From contig CDLV01000010.1 of the NCBI GenBank assembly GCA_001244265.2, positions 1,674,001-1,738,000 of the forward strand: a stretch of DNA of 64,000 nt, written 5' to 3'. The notes beneath the pieces are model-generated. The model had not been told where the DNA came from. It did no database searches and worked only from the letters and a program-made list of their open reading frames with translations. The stretch is from Microbotryum violaceum. Lineage: Eukaryota. The position numbers and the translations under genes are program-made. Below are positions 41,499 to 56,580 of this stretch, piece after piece. Numbering within the stretch: position 1 is the first letter of the stretch; each line of letters opens with the position of its first letter.

Positions 41499-41806
41499 AG
41501 AAGGTTCAACTGTACAATTATGATCGGATTCACCTGTACAACACATGTACCACCACCAACATTTCTTCCATCGTTTCCAGATTCCCCGTGTATTATCTTT
41601 AATCTTCCTTTCATTCGTCTCTGGGAGGGAGCAACCGTGGGTGGGGGGACTTGAACTCGGATGTATCGGGTTGGTCTGTTCTGCTAGTTACAACGCATCA
41701 AGCGGCGGTTGTGGTCATCATCGTGCATACTGGGTAGCATCTCCTTTAGTTCCGTAGGGGGTTTCTCGTCTTGCAAATTAGCAATGAGTTTCATACAAAA
41801 AAAAAA
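41499..41806 (+). mobile_element. LINE 3'-end fragment with poly(A), unit 2 (direct repeat of 41185-41495)
   Basis: About 310 bp highly similar direct repeat ending in A10. Confidence 0.7.
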
Positions 41807-43487
41807 TACATCGGCCATTCTCATACAAGAGCACTTCATCAGACCGCACCTCTGGCAACTCATCAAGGACGAGTACGAGGGCAAGCTCTTCATCAACCAA
41901 CATTGTCTGACTCTAATTCCGGCTGACTCCCCCCTGATCGACGCCGAGCTCTTGCGCACCCACTCGGCACTCGACGGCCGGCTCCTCGTCACGTCCTTTC
42001 GTCTGCGGGGCGACATCAAAATTCTAGAAATCAACAACGTTTACGCGCCCGTTGACCCAAAGCAACGAGCGAAATTCTTTGACAAACTCTTATTTCACAA
42101 AACACAGAAATCCCACCTCCGACTCCTTGGCGGTGATCTCAACGACTGCCCGCGCCCAGAAGTCGATCGGCGGAACCAAAGTCGGCGCGGCCACCACTGG
42201 CCAATCCTGATCGGCAAGCTCGACTCGGCCTACACGGACTGCATCCGCTACAAACACCCCATCACCCCATCCTTCACTCGACCTAATCCCAATCGCAAGC
42301 GACCCAACTCCTTCTCCCGGCTTGACTACTTTCTCCTGCAACGGACACACCAAAAAAGACTCGATCAGGCCTCGACGATCTACGACTATCCCAAGGAGCT
42401 TTCCGATCACCGACCGGTCTTGATTGTGCTGGCTCTCTCAGACGATCCTGATGCGACCCTCCACAGCTCAGCCTACCTACCACATCAAACCAACTACATC
42501 GAATCAACACCACAACCTTTAAGACGGTGGAATTCCAGCGGATGATGGAAGGATGGTTGGAAGGGGCAAGCGGGGAGGAACCGGTGGGGGAGCTCGAGGT
42601 CATTCTGAAGGCGTGCAGGGATAGGGGTGGGGAGATGGCGAGGAGGTTGCATCGGGAGCGGACGGAACGGATGGAGTATTTGGTGGGGAGGGTGCAGGAT
42701 CTGGAGGCGATACCGGAATGGGGGGAGGCGGAAACGGCAGAATGGACAAGGACGTCCGAGGAACTCAAGCGGGCGGTCGAGGAGCGCGCGCGCCTACTCC
42801 GGATCCGAGCCCACGTACCCGAGATCGCCTCCGAGGAACGACTGTCGCGGCCGGTCCACGCCAAGCTCGCGGCGCGAAACTCGGACTCCAAGATCACAGC
42901 ACTGCGCTTGAGCAACGGAGAGCTAACGCATGACATTGATGTCGCTCTTGACACACGCAGGCGCATTTCCAGCGCCTCTACCACATCGAGCCTCGTGACC
43001 CGGACCGCGTCGACCGACTTCGGGACGATTTCCTCGCGCCGATCAGGGCGGCGCGGACTTGCGACGACCCGCGCTCGGATCCTCTCTTTCTGCGCCGACT
43101 CTCGGAATCCCAGATCGACTTACTCCAGCGACCAATCACCGAGGACGAGGTCGTGGCCGCGATCGGGACGACGCACCCGGGGCGATCGCCGGGACCGTCG
43201 GGCGTGCCCTACGAACTCTACCAGACCGCACCCTATTAGGAGCAATATACCACTGCACCAAAAGGAGAGGCACCTCTACTTCAGGGAGCGCATATTGTCC
43301 TAGAAGTGAGATGGAGGGAGGTTCAACACCCCCCTGTGCGCGAAGCTGAAGAGCTTGTGGCAGTGGGTGCGGCTTTGAAGGCAAGTGCGGGGCGCGCACG
43401 AAATTTGCCTGACCCAGGGGGTGCGGCTTTGGAGGCAAGTGCGGGGTGCGCGCAAAATTGCCTGACCCCAGGGGGGCTTGAACCCAT

Positions 43488-43518
<31 letters not shown>

Positions 43519-46500
43519 TATTAGGAGCAATATACCACTGCACCAAAAGGAGAGGCACCTCTATAACCTATTCGATCAACTCTACTACGTCAGCGATGTA
43601 GTTATAGCCAAGAGTGATTAATATTACAACATACCTATTCGATCAACTCTACTACGTCAGCGATGTAGTTATAGCCAAGAGTGATGAATAGGAAGCTAAC
43701 AGTATGGGAGCCGCGCGCCTCAAGTCCTCAGCCTGGGACCCTTGGCTTAACCCTTGGCCAGGCTCGTTCCCTGCGCTTAAGTCCCAGGCTCGCTCCGCGC
43801 GCCTAAGACCTGAGCCGGCGCGCCTAAGTCCCAGGCTCGCTCCGCGCGCCTAAGTCCTGCGCCCGCGCGCCTAAGTCCTGAGCCGGTGCGCCTGGCCCGT
43901 TCCGCGCGCCTAAGTCCTCTGCCGATGCGCCCGGCTCGCTCCGCGCGCCTAAGACCTGTGCCGATGCGCCCGGCTTGATCCGCGCGCCTAAGTCCTGAGC
44001 CGAGCGGAGAGTGGATTCTTCACACACCCAAGGCGTGGGCCAAGGTGCTGACCAAGGCCTACAACGCGATGATAGAGCGAGGCTCACTCTCTCCCAAGCA
44101 GGGCCAAGGACTCGTGCGCCTCATCTTCAAGCGACACAAGAAGAATGCTGATCGCGCCGAACTTTCGGCGTACCGGCCGATCACCCTGCGCGAGTGCGAT
44201 TACAAGATCTTTACCAAGGTCTATGTCGCCCGTTTGAACCAAATTCTACCGGATCTCCTCCCGCCGCAGCAGCATGGATTCGTCAAGGACCGCCGATCGG
44301 CTGACGCTGCACTACACCTTCGTCTCCTGATCGAGGAAGTTGGCGCGCGCAGGACCGAGTTCCCCGCGGCCGCACTCTTATCTCTTGACCAATCGTCCGC
44401 CTACGACCTCGTCAAGCATGACTGGATCTTTGCCATCTTTGACGCTCTGGGCGCTCCTGCCACCTTTCTTCGCGTGCTGAGGATGCTCTACTCGGGTGAC
44501 TCGACCTCGGCCCGCTACATCATCAATGGGTTCTTGACGGCGCCGGTACGACTGACGTGTGGGCTCGGCCAAGGGGACCCGGCGTCGTCGTCGGTCTGGG
44601 ACATCGTGTTTCAGCCGTTTCTGGATGCTCTACACCGTCGAAACATCGCGCTGAATCTCTCCATACCTGCACTTCATCCGTACCCACAGAGCCGCGCCAT
44701 TACATCGCTTGCTTTTGCCGATGACGTTGTCGTCGCCGTCGCGGGCTTGGGGTCACTCAACTTGCTCGATGACCTGGCGCTCGACTGGAGGCATGCAACG
44801 AATGGCCGGCTCAACACGGACAAGACGGTCGTCCTACCGATCGGACGCCGCTGGGACCCGGGGCAACGCCCACTCGTCGTCAAGGCCGCAGGCAAGTCGC
44901 TCGAGTGGATCGGCCTCCCCTTTGACCCGAGCGGCGACACCGAACTCGCCTACGCGAATCTCATCGAACGCCTCGAGGCGACGCTGGAAGGGGTTCAGCA
45001 TCGCTGGCTCACACACCACACCCGTGCCTTTTACGTCAATCGGTACGCCATCCCCAAGATCCTGCACTTCCTTGCAGCCGACATCCCGCCGCCCAAAGTC
45101 GTCAAGAAGCTCGATGACATGCTCGTCGATTTCGTCCGTGGGGGCAAGGGCAGGACCAGCTACGGCAGAGATATCGTGTTCACAGCCAAGCTCAAGGGGG
45201 GACTCGGGGTGATCAGGATGCAGGACGTCGTGGACGCGGTTGCGGCACGGATCTGGGACGTTCTTCTCGGCGGTTTGGGCGCGATCTGGCAAGGACTTGC
45301 GCGCGTGGCACTCCAGCGAGCTCAGTCCGACCTCGACCTGGCCACCGATCTCTGGCCACATCCATCCACTCCCATCCCCAGCGACCTCCATCCCCGATGG
45401 CGAGCAGCATTGGGGGTTCCGAAACAGCAAGACGCGCAGGTCAACCCGAGGACCTTGACCACCGCGAACCTGCTCGCGCTTCCCACCTTGCTCGGCAGCC
45501 TCCACACCCCCATCAGAGGGAGACAGACCATCGACGCGGTTCATATACCTGACTACCTTCGTCTCCAGGGCTACCCGAAGGTGGCGGATCTCTACCGGCG
45601 CGAGTTGTATGCGGGTGGGGGGTTTCACCTTTGGACGCCGCCGGCGGATGTGCTCGGCGACAACAGCGAGTACGATCGACGCGGGCTCCCGCAGCGACTG
45701 GCAATCGCGGCCTGGTACCGGTTCACTGTCGATCGACACAAGAACACGCCCTTGGCGGTGGCGGTGGCGGCAGGACGGCTCAACGTGCCTCCCCGGATCG
45801 GCACCAGCGCACCGCTCGAGGCGATTATCCCCAAGCCCGTGGCCCGCTTTGCAATGGAGCAGCGCCTTCCGGACCCGGTGCTTCCACAGCAGGCGAGCCA
45901 GTACAAGCTGCTGAACATGGCTCGACCGTACACCATCCGTCGCATCCGCCGGGTCCTGAACGCGAAGGCCTTTACCAACACGCTCGGGCTCAAGGGACCA
46001 CCGCAGCCGGACGACCTCAGGAGCTTTTGGAAGGCGGTCAACTCGAAGGCACTGACGGCGAGGGAGAGGGAAGTTTGGTTCAAGCTGATTCTCCGCTTCA
46101 CCCCGACGCGCAAGCTGCAACACCAACAGAATCACGACACTTCTCCGCGTGCCTCGTCTGCGAGGCGCCGGTGGACGACGCCGACCACTACTTTTTCGAC
46201 TGCGTTGACTCTGGGAACGTTTGGATCGCGGCAAGGAGCGTGCTCTGCGACGCACTGGGGCTCGACACGATCGACAACACGCATTACACGGCTGTTCAAC
46301 GCATGTTCGGACTTCCGAAGCTCAAGGCCAGTCTACGCGATCAAGAAGGAGCGGGAGGACGATCGAAATATTCACCGGGCTGGTCTTGGAGATGATCAGC
46401 AGCGGGGGGTGGGGATGCAGAAGTGGGGGACGAAGATGGAGGGTGTTGTGAGGAGGAGGATCATCTTGGAGGAGAGGTTGAAGCTGAGGGCGGGAGGAGC

Positions 46501-47182
46501 TTGGGGAGGAGAGGGCAGTAGAGGCTGGGTTCGACTTTCCCCCACCACCACCACACACACACACCAAATTCTCGTGACATCATTTTCTCCTACTGTACAC
46601 TAAATAGATCGCTTTCATCTTTCATTTGTTACAGGTTCACCGTTGCGGATCATGGACCATCTCGCGATTTGGCGTCGACTCGGTGTGGCTCGCGCTCTTC
46701 GGCTTCGGGGTTCTGAGTCAAGGGAGGGATCAGCGGACACAGGCAGAAAGTCGGCTTTGAGGGGCCAGGGACTGCCGATGGGGGAGGTTTTGAGGGACCT
46801 TCACTGCGTCTTGTTGTGGCTGAGCAGAGACTTGGAGCGTCGAGGGTCGTGGTGGTTGCGCAGTCGTGCTCTTGTCTTCGTCTCGACCGAGTGGGAAGTG
46901 GCTGTGGGGTGGGCCTTCTGTCATTAGTACATTTCTTTTCTTTCTTTTTTTCTCTTCATCTCTCTTTCTCTCTCTCATTAGTCTCCTGGGGGGAGCAACC
47001 GCTTGGCTAGGGCATTTGAATCCGAATCTCGGATTGGTGGACTTGGCTCGTTTCTCGCACTTTTGCGGGCGGTTTGTGTTATCATCGTAGTCTTCCATCT
47101 AGTTTTTTTCCGTAGGCCAAAACAGGGGGAACAGGAACTGGGGGCAATATGATGAACGTTTTCTACAAAAAAAAAAAAAAAA
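41807..47182 (+). mobile_element. L1/Tx1-type LINE, 5'-truncated ORF2 (APE endonuclease, RT, zinc finger), 3' UTR and poly(A); frameshifted and interrupted at 43234-44024
   Basis: APE motifs IQEH, NVYAP, GGDLN, SRLDYF, SDH; RT motifs [23 protein letters not shown]...HYFFDC; A16 tail at 47167-47182. Confidence 0.92.
43234..44024 (-). mobile_element. Chimeric LTR insertion: family A copia LTR (43569-44024) fused to a TRIM-like mini-element (43234-43563)
   Basis: 5 bp TSD CACCC at 43229-43233 and 44025-44029; removal restores the LINE frame LYQTAPKAWAK; mini LTR 43234-43328, PPT, PBS 43488-43518, partial LTR 43519-43563. Confidence 0.85.
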
Positions 47183-47977
47183 CATCTTTCATCTTTCATC
47201 TTTATCGCACTACCCTACCTCGGCAAACGTCAATACATCGAATACATCAACCGCTACATCAGCTATCGACCCAATGTCCGACCAGGCACCGCCTGATCCG
47301 GGCCGCGGCCCTCCGGAGCCGGCAGCGACGGGGCAACCACGTGGTGACGCGGGGGCGGAGGCCGATGCCGCCGAGGGACCAGGGAACCCCGGCCTAGCGC
47401 TGTACCAGGAAAAGCGTGATGAAGAGAAGAAGAGGAAGGAGGATGTCGCGAGGATCCTGAAGATGATCAGTGTCGAAGATGGCACACGCCAGGGCACCCG
47501 CATCCTTGTGCTCAAAGAAGCACTCGGCTTCGGCAAGGACCGGGCCACCTCCCTGCGCTTTAGCGCACTCAATGCAACGAAACCAATCGCCGACACGTCT
47601 GGTGCCGTTCTTGAAGTCACGTTCGAACACACCGGTGTGGCCACTGAACGCGAGAAGTCCGAGTTGTACTCGAAGGTGCTCCGTACCCTGTCGCCCGACA
47701 CGTCGTTGTGTTTTAACCTGCCCGCAGGAGTTGTCCTCCCCCCGAGCTCCAGAAATACGCTCCAGTCATCCATGGAGTCGCACCGGAGTCGATCATCCAA
47801 AACGGCAACACCCGGTTCAAGTTCGTGGTGCGCTGCGCTAGCGCAGCGGCGCTCGACCAAGTCCACGACGCGGCGACCAAGATCGAGTGGAAACGCTCCT
47901 TTGCCCAAGTCCGCAAGCGCTTGGCGTTCGTCAAGAACGTCGTCGAACTGCGTTTCATCATCAGTCCTGAGGCTGAA
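47183..47977 (+). mobile_element. Probable 5' UTR and ORF1 start of a further LINE, frameshifted and interrupted
   Basis: Begins right after the previous poly(A) with (CATCTTT)3; ATG at 47274, Pro/Gly-rich then charged segment; ORF1 identity inferred from position. Confidence 0.5.
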
Positions 47978-48226
47978 TATATGAACCACACAACTGCTCA
48001 AGCGGTGGCGAGTCTCTGATCGACGGACCAGGGAGACCAGACCAATGAAGTTGCTTAGGATTACACACCTGCTCAAGCGGTGGTGAGTCTCTGATCGACG
48101 GACCAGGGAGACCAGACCAATGAAGTTGCTTGAGCAGGAGAGTGAGAAGCGCGGAACCAGTTGGCTGGGGCAAGTGCGCAACCAGGTCCGTGCCCCAGTG
48201 CCAAGCGCACGGACCCAGCTAAGAAG
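47978..48226 (+). mobile_element. Partial, diverged copy of the TIR element family seen at 60436-60975
   Basis: Two tandem units CTGCTCAAGCGGTGG..GAGTCTCTGATCGA..GGAGACCAGACCAA..GAAGTTGCTT; cut by the LTR at 48227. Confidence 0.7.
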
Positions 48227-51139
<2,913 letters not shown>

Positions 51140-51261
51140 TATTCGATCAACTCTACTACGTCAGCGATGTAGTTATAGCCAAGAGTGATGAATATTACAA
51201 CATACCTATTCGATCAACTCTACTACGTCAGCGATGTAGTTATAGCCAAGAGTGATGAATA
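51140..51261 (-). repeat. Duplicated ~55 bp LTR terminus, family A (also 43569-43690)
   Basis: Two copies of TATTCGATCAACTC...GAGTGATGAATA separated by TTACAACATACC. Confidence 0.9.
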
Positions 51262-51472
51262 GGAAGCTAACAGTATGGGAGCCCCGCGCCTCAAGTCCTC
51301 AGCCTGGGACCCTTGGGCTTAACCCTTGGGCCAGGCTCGTTCCCTGCGCTTAAGTCCCAGGCTCGCTCCGCGCGCCTAAGTCCTGCGCCCGCGCGCCTAA
51401 GTCCTGAGCCGGTGCGCCTGGCTCGTTCCGCGCGCCTAAGTCCTCTGCCGAGCGGAGAGTGGATTCTTCACA

Positions 51473-54400
51473 CCCCCCCCCACGCGAACGCGAGGTAGAC
51501 TTGAGCCGTGGGTGACGCGTCCGTAGACCTAGAGTATAGCAATGTGCACCGAAAATCTTGGGACCTAGCGCCTTGGTGAATATGTCTGCAACCATGTTCG
51601 CTGTGCCGACGTGTGAGAGAGAGATCTCGCCTTGGTTGACCATGTCGCGGACAAAGTGCTCGCGGAGGCGTATGTGTCGAGTGCCCGAAGTGCGAACGGG
51701 GTCGTGAGCGACGGCGGCGGCGGCCTCGTTGTCGGTGAAAATGTGGGCTGCATCGACCGGGCGAACGTGGAGCTCGGAGAGGAGTTGCGTAAGGTAAATC
51801 GCTTCCTTACCAGCATGCGACAAGGCGAGGTATTCGGCATCAGTGGTGGAATCTGCTACCCGAGTCTGACACTTCGATGACCAAGAGACGGCGGAGCCGG
51901 CCAAGTAAAAGACGAAGCCCATTGTGGAGATGGACGTGTCGACGCAGGCACCCCAGTTCGCATCAGAATAGCCAACCACACCCGTAATTTTGGCGGGGCC
52001 ACAGGCGTAGAGTAGCTCATCGCGGTACGTAGCGCGAAGGTAGCGAAGGACGTGTTTGACGGCAATCCAATGGCGGCGGCCGGGGTTGTTGGCGAACCGG
52101 GACAGGTACGAGACGGCGAAGGCAATGTCGGGCCGAGTGCCAAGTGAAATGTATAGGAGGGAGCCGATGGCTTGCAGGTACCACGACCGAATGCGTTCCG
52201 TTCCCTGACCCGGTACAGCCGTGAGCAAGAGGCCGGGCGTCATTGGCACCGTAGCGCCGCGCGTTGTGGTGTCGAAGTGGAAGCGGGCGAGCACGTCCAT
52301 GATGTAGCGCTCCTGGGATAGAGCAATGGAGCCGTCTTCCAGGCGTCGAATTTGGATGCCGAGGATGTATTCTGCGGGGCCGAGCCGTTTGACGCCGTAT
52401 CGTTGTTCGAGGCCGGAGATGACACGCTCGATCTCGTTGAGGGCGGGGCTGACAATGAGGAGATCGTCGACATACAATGCGATATAATGGGGCTGCTTCT
52501 GATCATCAATGCGAGAGTAAATGCAGTGATCAGTGCCCGTTGCCTTGTACCCAAGACTTCGAAGTGATGTGTCGATGTGGCGATTCCAGATGCGACCGGC
52601 CTGCTTAAGACCGTAGATCGAGCGTCGCAGCCGGAGAACCTTGTCGCCCGGGAAGTCGAAGCCTCGTGGCGTCGTCATCCAGATATCGTGATCGAGCTCG
52701 CCGTGAAGGTAAGCCTTGTCGATGTCGGCCTGATGAACGTGGTAGCCATTGGCAGCGGCAAGGGCGAGAAGGCAGCGAATGGAGGAGAAACGGGCGACGG
52801 GTGCGAACGTCTCCGAGAAGTCGATGCCGTCGCGCTGGCGATTTCCCTGTGCAACAAGGCGTGCCTTCCGCCCTGTGATATCACCCTGTGCATCGCGCTT
52901 GGTCTTCCAGACAAATTTGGAGGTGACGATGGTGGCGCCCGGCGGTACTGAGGAGCGAGGCTCGATGGTGAACACCTTGAAATCGTCACGCATGGCGGTG
53001 AACTCGTCTGAGGCAGCTTGAGCCCAGAGGTCGTGCTCGTCGCTGGACATCGCTTCACGCCAGGTCTGGGGATCGCTAGTGATCGATTTGACGGGTTCAA
53101 TGGCTTCGAGGGCGGGTCGTCGTCGTCCGTGGCGATGAAAGCGCGATGATGGCGAGAGAGGAAATCGATCTCATCAGGAGAGTCGTCATCGGGGGGCTGC
53201 CAGGCGGCAGCGGCGGGCGTGGGTGTCACCGAGGTGTCGTCGTCGGATCGATGTACGTCCATCAGGTTGAGGCGAACCGCGGTGTCGGAGTTCAGGAGGT
53301 CAAGCGGATCATCCGAGTCATCGATGGACGGTCCCCGGCCGAGGACGTGGCGGGAGACGAAAACGGGCGCGAACGACTGAGACGACGAGGGGCTGGTATC
53401 TGTAGAATTAAGTAAGGATCCGCCAGTGTACCCTGGGGCCACGTCAACGGCGCTCATGGCAGAATCATCAAGGGGGATGAGACGTCCATGTGCGCCGACC
53501 TTACTAGTGGGGTCCTCGTCTTGACGGCGGGGGCGGGCGTGTCGGCGGGGCGGGCATGTCGGCGGGGGCGTGCGTGTCGGCGGGGGCGTGCGTGTCGGCG
53601 GGAATGATGAACTGGCGTTCGGCGTCGTCCGCATCGACGGGCGTGCTGACTGGTAGGCCGGGGAAGTCGTCGTCGAGGAAGGTGGCATTTCGGCCAAGCA
53701 CAACCTTGTTGGTGGAATGGTCGAAGAAACGGAAAGCCTTGGAGGCGAGGTCGTAACCAGTGAAAATCACGCGCGCGGCCTTGGGGTCGAGCTTGCTGCG
53801 AAGGTCCGGCGCGACTGTGAGCCAGGCCGCGCAGCCGAACGGGTGAAGGGCGGTGGCCGTGGTGCGTTGGCCGTTCCAAACGAATTGTGGGGTCTGTTTG
53901 GCCAAAGCTGAGTGTGAGCACCTGTTTTTGCAATAAACGAAGTATGCAGCCGCTTCGTCCCAAAAGGTGGCCGGCAGGTGAGAGTCGGCAAGGAGGGCGA
54001 GGACGCCCTCGACGATGGAGAGGTTGACACGTTCGGCACGACCGTTTTGCTGAGGCATGTATGGAATGGAGTATTGGCGACGAATGCCCCTGGACTGGCA
54101 GAACTCCGTGAACGCGTTGGATCGGTATTCGCCGCCGTTGTCGGTGCAAAGGATCCGTAAACGCGCGTTCGTTTCTAACTCCACTTCGGCGAGCCAAGTC
54201 TGGAAGGTCGGGAAGACGTCGCTTTTGTGATCGATTGCGTATGCCCAGAGTTTGCGAGAGTGGTCGTCAAGGAAGGTGACGAGATAGCGTTTCCCGGTCA
54301 AGGACGGAGTGGGGAACGACAGGACATCGCTGTGCACGAGGCCAAGTCTCTCGGGGGAATGTGACTCCGAGTCGGGAAAAGGAAGACGATGGCCTTTGGA

Positions 54401-56041
54401 ACCAAGGCAAGCATTGCAAACAAACTCTTCTACGTCTTTGTCACTGTACCCGGCCCCAAACCCGTCCAGCAAACCCGCAGCGATCATCTTCTGTATAGAG
54501 GATGGAGCAAGATGGCCGAGGCAGCGGTGGAGGGTAAGTAGGGGCACGGTAGACTCAGAGCGTGAGAGAAAGGCAAGCTGCTGACATTTGGTGTGATCCG
54601 CGTCCAGGAGGTAGAGACCGTCGTTAACCCGTGTACCGTGAGCGATGGCCTGGCCGTCCTTGGTGATGTCGATGCTGTCGCTGGTGAAAGCGAGTCGGAC
54701 GCGGTCGGTGTCACAAAGGCGAGAGACGGAGAGAAGGTTGACGTGAAGGCCCGGCGCGTGCAGAACGCCGCGCAACGTGATCGGGTGTCCGGTGTTGGCA
54801 ACAAACGCTACATCCCCCATACCAATGGCCGTGATACCGCCGGCAATGCCGCCAATCTTGGTGTGTGCCGTTTGACGATAAGTCGTGAACAGGGAGCGGT
54901 CGGCGACCATGTGAGTCGTCGCGCCCGAGTCGACGACGAAGGCGTCGGTCGGGAGTTGGCGGCGGGCAAACAGGCAGGAGGCGAAATAGCCGACGTTCGG
55001 TCGGTGAGCCGTGGAAGAAGACAAGTCGTCCTGGGTGTCGTCGCTGGTACGTGTCTGTTGACCCCGGTTCTTGCAGTCGAGGGCCCAGTGACCTCGCTTT
55101 TGGCAGCGGCGGCAAGGGCCGGTGGGCGGATGCTTTGCACGTGAAGTGCAGTCTCGCAGGCGGTGGCGGGGGCGCGGCAGGCGGGGCAAGAGGGGGCGTC
55201 GGCAAGCATGGCCGAATGCGAGGTCGAGAGGCCGGCGGATCGGAGCTGAACGCGGATACGGTCCGTTAAAGTCGTGAGCTCCGGGAGTTCGCGCTGGGCG
55301 CGCTGCTCGTCCGTGAACGTGAGACGGAAGCTGTCTAGACAGGACGGTACCATGGCGAGAATGTGCGTGGCGAGGACGTCGTTCAGTGATGTCTTGGCGT
55401 CGCGAATCTCTTGAGCAATGGCCATGTATTCTCGCAGCCAGGTGTCATAGGCCTCGACCGAGGCGGGCATCTTCCGAAAGTCCCAAAGGCGGGCGAATAA
55501 TTCGAGAGTGCGAGTGGCGTCGTTTGGTGCGAAACGAGCCTTGAGTGCGTTGAAGATGCGTGGCGCCGACAGGTCGTCGCTTGGGATGGCATCGAGGGTT
55601 GCTGAGACGTCGGCGGAGTCGATCGAGCCGACGATAATTTCCCGCGCGGCGTCGTCGCGAGCGGCCAGCTGGTCTGCCGTCCACGTCGGGGAACGACGCC
55701 ATCAAGGACGTAACCACGAATCTGATTTGGAAGCGTGAGCCGGAGTTGGCGCAACCAGTTTGTGAATGACTTGGAGCCATCTAGGCGAGCGTGCTTGGGA
55801 AAGACGACTTTTGATGCGGTGGTGGTAGTGGCAGTGGGCTGCGAGGCAGCGGCGGTAGAGGCGGTGGCGGCAGGGGGTGCGAGGGCGGTGGCGGCAGGGG
55901 CTGCGAGGCGGCGACGGCAGGGTGCTGCGAGGCCTGCAGGGCGGCGATCTGGGCCTGCAGGGTAGCGAGTTGATCGCTGATCGAAGACGCAAGAGGGCTG
56001 GGGTCCCTGGGGGACGAAGGCGTGGTGGGGTCGCTGTCCAT
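51473..56041 (-). pseudogene. Copia gag-pol polyprotein, broken by single-base indels
   Basis: ORF pieces 56041-55781, 55470-54808, 55189-53504 and 53050-51350 in Gag-PR-IN-RT-RH order. Confidence 0.85.
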
Positions 56042-56111
56042 TGTGCGATGGTGCGATGGACGTGGGCGGCTCGAGTGGCTGGGCTCGAGGAAAAATGCGA
56101 GCGAGCGGCGG

Positions 56112-56137
56112 GCTGGTAGCTCGTTGGGCTTATAACC
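56112..56137 (-). promoter_or_regulatory. Primer binding site complementary to the 5' half (anticodon arm) of tRNA-iMet
   Basis: GGTTATAAGCCCAACGAGCTACCAGC directly after the 5' LTR; one mismatch to the copy at 43493-43518; same type as Drosophila copia and yeast Ty5. Confidence 0.85.
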
Positions 56138-56212
56138 TATTCGATCAACTCTACTACGTCAGCGATGTAGTTATAGCCAAGAGTGATGAATATTACAACA
56201 TACAGTATGGGA

Positions 56213-56580
56213 GCGCGCGCGCCTAAGTCCTCAGCCTGGGACCCTTGGGCTTAACCCTTGGCCAGGCTCGTTCCCTGCGCTTAAGTCCAGGCTCGCTCCG
56301 CGCGCCTAAGACCTGAGCCGGCGCGCCTAAGTCCCAGGCTCGCTCCGCGCGCCTAAGTCCTGCGCCGCGCGCCTAAGTCCTGAGCCGGTGCGCCTGGCCC
56401 GTTCCGCGCGCCTAAGTCCTCTGCCGATGCGCCCAGCTCGCTCCGCGCGCCTAAGACCTGAGCCGGTGCGCCTGGCTCGTTCGCGCGCGCCTAAGTCCTC
56501 TGCCGATGCGCCCGGCTCGCTCAGCGCGCCTAAGACCTGTGCCGATGCGCCCGGCTTGATCCCGCGCCTAAGTCCTGAGC
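56213..56580. repeat. GC-rich GCGCGCCTAAG(T/A)CC minisatellite in family A LTR U3
   Basis: About 11 units here, fewer in the other family A LTRs. Confidence 0.8.

Noticed and set aside
43473-43486. B-box-like GGGTTCAAGCCCC in the TRIM internal region
   Set aside because: Short motif with no clear A-box; a chance match cannot be excluded
43488-43518. tRNA-Met-like sequence resembling bacterial tRNA-fMet (possible tRNA gene or horizontal transfer)
   Set aside because: Only the D and anticodon arms are present and they abut an LTR end, so it is a primer binding site
43569-44024. Repeat-spacer pattern resembling a CRISPR array
   Set aside because: The repeats lie inside LTRs bounded by PPT, PBS and TSDs; spacers are not unique; there are no cas genes and the context is eukaryotic
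44834-46255. 473 aa antisense ORF and similar long antisense ORFs over pol genes
   Set aside because: Shadows of GC-rich coding sequence with no recognisable motifs
53050-55800. Frame changes in copia gag-pol as programmed frameshifts
   Set aside because: Positions mostly differ between sister copies and often fall in homopolymers, which fits decay or sequencing indels
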